Source of the DNA: Lytechinus pictus
Lineage: Eukaryota
Assembly (NCBI RefSeq): GCF_037042905.1
Contig: NC_087251.1
Location: 13,082,001-13,146,000 of the forward strand
Direction: 5' to 3'
Length of the DNA: 64,000 nucleotides
Position 1 is the stretch's first letter. Every line of letters begins with the position of its first letter. A program made the position numbers and the translations under genes. Positions 58,101-64,000 of this stretch are shown piece after piece. The notes below the pieces were generated by a model. It saw only the letters and a list, made by a program, of their open reading frames with translations. It was not told the DNA's origin and did no database searches.

Positions 58101-61100
58101 GAGGAATTTTCAAAGTGAGTATTTGTGTGTTTTTATTTTTTTGCAGGAGTTTCTGCATTTTTATCATAAATCAATGATAAATCAACATGTTCACATAATA
58201 CCAAACACATAAATGAATACAATTTAAATGTGACAATTGAAGAGATACATTATAAATAATACAGAAAAGACTGATAATTAAATCATACATAAGCATGTGA
58301 TGTACTGAGTTCGGGAAAATAAAGGGGCCAGCTATTATAAGCACAAAGGTGCTTGAAGCGATAGCAGCCAGGAGAGGGCTTTCATGAAAACCATCATGAA
58401 TCATATTTTGACAAAATGATGTCATGAAATAATAAAAAAAAAAAAAAAATCGGTTGGGAAAATCATTTATGGTATAAAGCGAAATATTCTATTTAAATTT
58501 TTAAAAGATCTTTTTCACAGTTTATTACAATATCATCCATTTGTATCATAATATGAATAGTTCAAGACTTCCTCATACATCCCTTTTCATTTCAGAATAA
58601 AAAATTAAGTAAACTTCCTGAATGATTTAGAAATGCTAAACAAATTGAATGATATAGAAAAAGCTTAAGTTCCACAAACTTTTTTTTTTTTTTTTTTTGG
58701 GGGGGGTCAATTTTGCTTATTAATTTCCTTTACAGTTTCTCATAAATATCTCTGCACTCTTGACGGTTGAATATGATATATAGGCGTCATCTAGAGTAGC
58801 AAAGTCTAGTAGCAAGTATAAGAATTTGCTTTGGAGCTACCCTTGTATTAACAGTAGGACCACGTGGAAAAGAGTCAAATTTTGACTAATATCTTCTAAC
58901 ACTTCTACAATATTATGGTGTTAAAATTTCACAACCAGTGTCTATATACGATGACACAGAGGAATTTATAACATTGACTTAATTAACCCCAATATTTCTT
59001 CTCATTTTACAGTACACTCAAAGAAGACATTGCTGAATATTTTGATATCAATGTCAACATGATTCAAGTACTTACGGTAAATTCAATTTCTCTATTATTT
59101 CATGGTTCTATCACTGTAAAACAGCGATAATGAAAGTACACCATGTGGTGTCGTTTAACACTCATTTGTGCTACACTTTTAGAAAAGTTATCATTAAAAT
59201 AAAAGAAGTTCCTGCAGCAGAGTCTCGAGAACACCTGTAATCTTACCAGATTGCGTAATCTTACAGGAAATTGGTATTTGGTGTATGGAATCTGACAAAT
59301 TTCCTTGAATAAAACACCCTATTTAAACAGACCTGTTCTGTTAAATTGCAGAAAATTCCTGTTTTATGAATTTACAGAATGATTCTGTTATTGCTTTCTG
59401 CAAAATCTTCTTTTTTTCCTGTAAAATCACAGTTTTTTAAACAGTGTATAATAATAGATTATTCCTAGTATTTGAACACTATTTGATGTTATGCCCAAAG
59501 TTCATAGTGCATTTTTTTGTCAGTTCTATTAATAAACATTTAAATTCTTCCAACTGACATTCTCCTTTCATATAATAATTCAAAAATTGTAATACAATTC
59601 ACTTGAATATTTAAAGGAGAATGAAACCCTTGAAACCAGCTGAATCCATATCAAAGAGAAAAATCAAAGAAACATATTGTTGAAAGTTTGAGGAAGATTG
59701 AATGAATAATGAGAAAGTTATGAGCATTCGAATATTGAGATCACTAGTGCCATGTAGATCCTCCCAACGGCAATGCGACCAAGATCTGTGATATCACACA
59801 CATACAACTCCCTCATTACTTTAGTACTTATTTCACTTATATTCTCACTTTTATAGAGTCTATCACAAGGTGAGGTGTTCTCTTTATGAGATGACAAGTA
59901 CAGAGGTTTCACAACATTATATCATTGATGAATCGTTTGTCATATGATTAGAATGAGCAAAAAGAGATGTTTTGGGGTATATTTTCAGTGTCCAAATGGG
60001 AGAGTTGTACGTGTGTGACATCACAGATCTTGGTCGCATTGCCAATGGGAGGATCTCCATAGCATTAGTGATCTCGACATTCAAATGCTCATAACTCTTT
60101 TATTGCTAGTCCTATTTTTCTCAAAGTTTTGTTGATCTTATTCTTTGATTTTTCTGCTTTCACAAAAGCTAACTTGCTCCAAGAGTTTCATTCTCCTTTA
60201 AGGTCTGGTCCTTGGTCAGAACACCAATCAGAGCACTGTCTGATGTTGTTCTTAAGACTGTAATTTACAGTATTGGCTACTTATTCAAATCATTGTTCAT
60301 TGAGTATAGATATACATTTTCCCAAATTCTAAGTGATTCCTTACATTACTGTATACACATAGTCTTTGAGTTTGAGTAATATACGTGGCCTCTCAGATGC
60401 TCTCAAGCTTGAATTATCTTGAAACTCTAGTCATTTCACTAAATGAATAAATTTTACTGTGTATAAACTTTTTTATGTTTATTAAACTAAATCATTTATT
60501 TTCCTTGATTAGAAAATATTGAATATTTGTGAATATTAATTACTGTTTAAGAGAGAATAAATATGACTTCGTGCTTAATTGTGTTGATTTACACAGACCT
60601 TCATTTAATTTTCACTCTGAGCTATGGATACTGCTTTCAGAGTTTACAATAACTTTGCACTGAACAGTTTTAATGAGAAATTGAATAGTCTATTTCTATG
60701 AATCAAAGACCTAGGTTGTCACTGACCATTTTTCAACAATGATAATTCGATTACATTAATATACTCTCAAAACAATCTCTTATGATTTCCAACATTCACT
60801 GTTCAGGTATCTGGAAATCCAGCTCAAGTCCAGTTCCAGTTACAAGACACACTAGACTCTGAGGTTGATATAGAAAACGTTGCTGCAGATATGTTAAGAC
60901 AGGTAAGAAAATGTTGCATTTCTATGTACATGTGTACTGGTGGATTGATTAATTGAATTTATTTCTGCGTTCAATAACATGGCAAAACATAAAACAGTAT
61001 TACAAAAATTACATAATATTGTGCATATATCATACACTTTTTCATTCAAATACTAAAAAATATATGTATGGTAATGTTTTTTTTTTCAATCAATATTATA

Positions 61101-62748
61101 TGTGAATGCAGGAAACTATATTGTGTGTGGTGTTGCGATTGGTGGCTGGAGTGTGGCTTTCAAATATTTCTAAATGTAGCTAATGAAAGTCATTTAATAA
61201 TACTTTGAAAATTGTATTCAATGAGTTACTTAGTGTATTATTCCAGATGAATTTATCACAAAAAAATCTATTAAACACCCTTTCATCACAAAGAAATTAG
61301 AGTATTATAATATTTTTGACCATTGAGAATAGTCAATAGGAGAAATAGTCTCATTTGATATTTTATGAAAATTACTGTTATTAATATTCTTTTGCCTTTT
61401 TTTTTTTACATAGTTTGTGACAGGTACATATGCATTCCACTACAACCAAGCCTCATATTCCATCAATTCTCGGACGGTGGTCATCGAACGTCGAGATAGC
61501 GACAACCATGCTAACAATATCACTCATAAAGATGAGGGTCAACAGTTCATTAGTACAACATTGCTAATTGTGTGTATTGTTGTCAGTACAATACTGGTCT
61601 TTGCAGTTCTCTTTGGCATAGCAATTATAGTGGTAAGGATAAAACTAAAATTATTCATTTTATTACAGGGATAAAAACAATTGATTTTGATATTCTATTC
61701 GTGTCAATATATTGACAATTTTAAGCGAAATAGTATATGATTAAATAATTTTCCATCATTTGTTTTACCATTGCTGACCTCTGCAAACATTAAATTCTTT
61801 TCAGGTTTATTTGATTTACAGCATTTTAAGCTAAATTTGCTTTATCATTTCAGTGTAAGTTAAACAGAATGATGTCATTTTAAATCTTCTTTTTTTTCAT
61901 TTCCATATTAGGTCTACAAAAGAAGATCAAGGAAAGAACAGATTTATTGCAGAAAAGACAAGAATACAAATGCGGTAGGTACCATAGTAATCACTGTTAA
62001 ATAGTGGGTTATAGAGTGAATAATATGATTTATGTACTACTTATTCGGAAGGTGTCTCACTACATACCAATAACACCATGCAGTGTTGGAATAGAATGTA
62101 CGATCATACTGTTTCAAATTTATAGTTATAAGTACATTTTTTTTTCTTTTTTTTTAAAATTCATTCTAAATTTGTGATAAATTAATAAAGGGTCTTAATT
62201 GCCAAACCACTCATTTTACAATGACAACATCATTTTTAAGAAGCTATTCAACATGATTGCTGATATCTTTAACAGTAATTGTAGAGTTTGTGCTGAATCT
62301 ATTATTATCTTTCCTCAGAATGATAAAATTCAGCCCCATTGCTTAGCTACAGTTTACTGTTATGGTAGCTTTACCAACAATTACAATTACTATGGAAACA
62401 GGCTCAACATTTATTTAAAATTATGGTTTCTATGGAAGTTACCAATGATGGCAAAGTGTTCTTTGATATTTGGTGCAATGGATGTCGTGATAAAGGCCTA
62501 TAGGGTGATGCTATGATCTTTATTTTAAATTATTATTAACACTTCTTCCTTTTCTATTCCCCTTCCTATCATGATCCATGCAGTCAAACAATGTGGCAGG
62601 AGGTGCAATAAAATACCATAAGAACGTGTACAACCCTGTCCCTCCGTGTCCACCAGCGAGAGATGTACCTGTAGAAGTAGCTGAAATTAGGTTACAAAAT
62701 GGCGCCGGAAAACATGATGTTAACATCAACATGGAAGCCAGAGTATAG
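46036..62748 (+). CDS. Multi-exon gene (19 coding exons, 723 aa): EGF-repeat/vWC type I transmembrane protein, Serrate/Jagged-like architecture lacking DSL
   Basis: Manual splicing: join(46036-46120,47322-47459,48118-48318,48910-49035,50090-50215,51471-51590,52449-52529,54648-54770,55138-55263,55624-55749,56053-56178,56674-56740,57613-57657,58040-58114,59013-59076,60807-60902,61414-61632,61912-61974,62584-62748). All introns are GT..AG with matching phases, giving one ORF of 2172 nt. An in-frame TAG (46027-46029) precedes the ATG. Confidence 0.9.
47322..47459 (+). CDS. Coding exon 2: EGF1 ([32 protein letters not shown])
   Basis: 6-Cys EGF spacing, TAG acceptor, GTAAAT donor, 138 nt, phase 1-1. 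Confidence 0.93.
48118..48318 (+). CDS. Coding exon 3: EGF2 plus 4-Cys calcium-binding-type EGF3 ([30 protein letters not shown])
   Basis: EGF motifs, TAG acceptor, GTATGG donor, 201 nt, phase 1-1; overlaps ORF 48159..48353. Confidence 0.92.
48910..49035 (+). CDS. Coding exon 4: EGF4 ([35 protein letters not shown])
   Basis: 6-Cys EGF, TAG/GTAAG, 126 nt, phase 1-1. Confidence 0.93.
50090..50215 (+). CDS. Coding exon 5: EGF5 ([34 protein letters not shown])
   Basis: 6-Cys EGF, CAG/GTAAG, 126 nt, phase 1-1; inside ORF 49888..50340. Confidence 0.93.
51209..51266. repeat. (ATC)n microsatellite in intron 5
   Basis: Direct reading. Confidence 0.9.
51471..51590 (+). CDS. Coding exon 6: EGF6 ([33 protein letters not shown])
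   Basis: 6-Cys EGF, CAG/GTAAG, 120 nt, phase 1-1. Confidence 0.93.
52449..52529 (+). CDS. Coding exon 7: truncated 4-Cys EGF7 ([27 protein letters not shown])
   Basis: Pyrimidine tract + CAG acceptor. The strongest phase-1 donor is GTGAGT at 52530 (81 nt); a weaker in-phase GTATAC lies at 52539. Confidence 0.8.
52555..52785. mobile_element. Degenerate GC-terminated MITE-like insertion just after coding exon 7
   Basis: CAGAGGTGGCGCCAGG + poly-G ... C-rich + TGGCGCCGTCCTCG (approximate inverted termini). Confidence 0.5.
54648..54770 (+). CDS. Coding exon 8: EGF8 ([35 protein letters not shown])
   Basis: 6-Cys EGF, TAG/GTAAG, 123 nt, phase 1-1. Confidence 0.93.
55138..55263 (+). CDS. Coding exon 9: EGF9 ([35 protein letters not shown])
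   Basis: 6-Cys EGF, TAG/GTAAG, 126 nt, phase 1-1. Confidence 0.93.
55624..55749 (+). CDS. Coding exon 10: EGF10 ([35 protein letters not shown]), paralogous copy of exon 9
   Basis: 6-Cys EGF, CAG/GTAAG, 126 nt, phase 1-1. Confidence 0.93.
56053..56178 (+). CDS. Coding exon 11: EGF11 ([35 protein letters not shown])
   Basis: 6-Cys EGF, CAG/GTAAG, 126 nt, phase 1-1. Confidence 0.93.
56674..56740 (+). CDS. Coding exon 12: first half of vWC-like module ([23 protein letters not shown])
   Basis: C-x3-G-x2-Y-x2-G...DCNxC motif; TAGCAG tandem acceptor; GTAAG donor, phase 1-2. Confidence 0.9.
56783..57186. mobile_element. PIF/Harbinger-like MITE in intron 12
   Basis: TIR GCCCGTCTCACA(T/C)T..GCGAT / ATCGCATAGTGTGAGACGGGC, flanked by TAA and TTA. 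Confidence 0.78.
57613..57657 (+). CDS. Coding exon 13: second half of vWC-like module ([16 protein letters not shown])
   Basis: Completes CNxCxC..G...CT...C; TAG/GTAAG, phase 2-2, 45 nt. Confidence 0.9.
58040..58114 (+). CDS. Coding exon 14: juxtamembrane domain start with acidic tract ([24 protein letters not shown])
   Basis: CAG acceptor, GTGAGT donor, phase 2-2, open frame. Confidence 0.82.
59013..59076 (+). CDS. Coding exon 15 ([22 protein letters not shown])
   Basis: Long pyrimidine tract + CAG, GTAAAT donor, phase 2-0; amphipathic helix/strand pattern. Confidence 0.85.
59174..59446. mobile_element. CACTA/EnSpm-like MITE in intron 15
   Basis: TA|CACTTTTAGAAAA ... TTTTTAAACAGTG|TA, with repeated TTACAG/CTGTAA subterminal motifs. 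Confidence 0.65.
59615..60197. mobile_element. Intact Kolobok-like MITE in intron 15 with TTAA target site duplication
   Basis: TTAA|AGGAGAATGAAAC ... GTTTCATTCTCCT|TTAA; ~200-nt imperfect arms, e.g. GCAATGCGACCAAGATCTGTGAT / ATCACAGATCTTGGTCGCATTGC. Confidence 0.88.
60807..60902 (+). CDS. Coding exon 16 ([32 protein letters not shown])
   Basis: CAG acceptor, CAG|GTAAGA donor, phase 0-0, 96 nt. Confidence 0.87.
61414..61632 (+). CDS. Coding exon 17: stalk and transmembrane helix ([24 protein letters not shown])
   Basis: Poly-T + TAG acceptor, GTAAGG donor, phase 0-0; ~24-residue hydrophobic run; ORF 61417..61674. Confidence 0.92.
61912..61974 (+). CDS. Coding exon 18: basic stop-transfer and start of the cytoplasmic tail ([21 protein letters not shown])
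   Basis: Pyrimidine tract + TAG, GTAGGT donor, phase 0-0; KRRSRK follows the TM helix (positive-inside rule). Confidence 0.88.
62584..62748 (+). CDS. Coding exon 19 (last): cytoplasmic tail ending ...[10 protein letters not shown]
   Basis: Pyrimidine tract + CAG acceptor, phase 0, open to TAG at 62746-62748. Confidence 0.85.
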   Translation, partial: SNNVAGGAIKYHKNVYNPVPPCPPARDVPVEVAEIRLQNGAGKHDVNINMEARV

Positions 62749-63453
62749 AACATGGAGGACCAAGTGTCTTCTGACCGTTCCTGAAAAATGCTAAGAAATG
62801 CTAACAATCGCGAATGGTCCCCAGAACTAAACAAGAACAATTTGTATTCGTGAAACTCTTGCCATAGTTGTACATTGTGGACCTAAACGCTGCAGTTCAT
62901 CTCATTTGGAAGAAGTTTTTGTGTTTTCATTTTGTGGACATGGAAGATGAATTTGAAATACCAAGGAGAGAAACTCTTGTGTATACATATAAGACTAAGC
63001 TGTGACATGAAGTCTAGGTGATATAAAAAAAAACCCATGAGTGAATAACATGTTATTTGGTGCCATGCACCGATAGACACCAGTGTACGGATTAAAGTTA
63101 ACTATTGTGCTCCAGTTATTTGGGTGTATATCTGGGCATTTTATACTCATCATTGTGGCAAGCAATTCCTTTAGAAGAAATTACTCTGGGACAGAAGCAA
63201 CACTGCCGCACTATCGCCACCTTTTTAAATGATAAACTTTTTTGCCGCATGAAAAACATGATGGACTAGAACATTCATTCTACCTTTATTCCAAACTATT
63301 TACATCAACTTCAACAGATTATTTCATGGATATCCTTGATTGACTTTGGAACCAGTTCTATACAATATTATTATTGTTAAGTGATTACAACAACTGCTGC
63401 CCTTAGACCAAAGTGTGTGCCCAAAGACCAAAGGACAGAAAAGAGTTGATTAC

Positions 63454-63459
63454 AATAAA
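63454..63459 (+). terminator. Candidate polyadenylation signal AATAAA
   Basis: First canonical hexamer I noticed, ~700 nt after the stop; the 3' UTR could extend further. Confidence 0.3.
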
Positions 63460-64000
63460 TGTAAAAAACAAAAACAAAAAACTATGAGACCAGGGGCAAT
63501 CACCCTTTATGATATTTCAGGTGATAAAAACAAATACAAAAGGAGAAAACAAGGTAAAAGGAATCGAGAGGAGTCTTGAAAAGACAATACTGTGTCATGC
63601 CCTATTGTTTCATTCAGGGTATAAAATGAAGTCACCTGAAAAGTCATCAATACCCTGACGTCATTCCTCTCTATGTCATAATGATGTTCTTGAACATTAA
63701 TATGTCAATATTTTCTTAGTATTATTCATATCTGAAAGTTGACAAGTCAGCATCATTAACAGATTTGATGAACAAATTCAATTTCATGTATTTTTCTTTT
63801 CAACTCATACCAAACTCGAACTCAATCGATGTAATACATCATAGTATGTCCAGCATAACTTATATGATTATATCATGCATTTATCATTTCATATATTACT
63901 AATAACTAAGATGGACGATGAATTTTGCTAATAAGATTATATTTATTGCTTTTGATTATGAAAATTATTCTTGCCAACATTCCGTTTCAAACCCTATTCT

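Noticed and set aside
46036-62748. Calling the gene Notch, Delta, Serrate/Jagged, Crumbs or fibropellin
   Set aside because: No LNR/ankyrin (Notch), DSL (Delta/Serrate), laminin-G or ERLI tail (Crumbs), or CUB/avidin domain (fibropellin, which also has no TM); no symbol assigned
1-64000. CRISPR arrays, rRNA, operons or autonomous transposase/RT genes
   Set aside because: None seen; the sequence is eukaryotic and no long ORF carries RT or DDE motifs

Overview
AT-rich, intron-containing animal genomic DNA. The repeat families and exon style suggest an echinoderm (sea urchin-like) genome; this is inference, not a database result. Nearly all ORFs in the supplied track are spurious. I reconstructed by hand one complete + strand gene with 19 coding exons (ATG 46036 to TAG 62748; 2172 coding nt, 723 aa), all introns GT-AG and phase-consistent. 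It encodes a type I membrane protein: signal peptide, 11 EGF-like modules (9 complete, 2 with only 4 Cys), a vWC/pacifastin-like Cys module, an acidic alpha/beta juxtamembrane region, a TM helix, and a ~74 aa tail ending ...NMEARV. This resembles the C-terminal two thirds of Serrate/Jagged, but there is no MNNL/C2 or DSL domain, so it is a candidate non-canonical Notch-ligand-like protein. The upstream ~45 kb has no recognisable coding exon. It holds CpG-richer patches, candidate non-coding 5' exons (best at ~16343-16944), two tRNA-derived SINEs, several MITEs (Kolobok-, CACTA- and Harbinger-like) and microsatellites.
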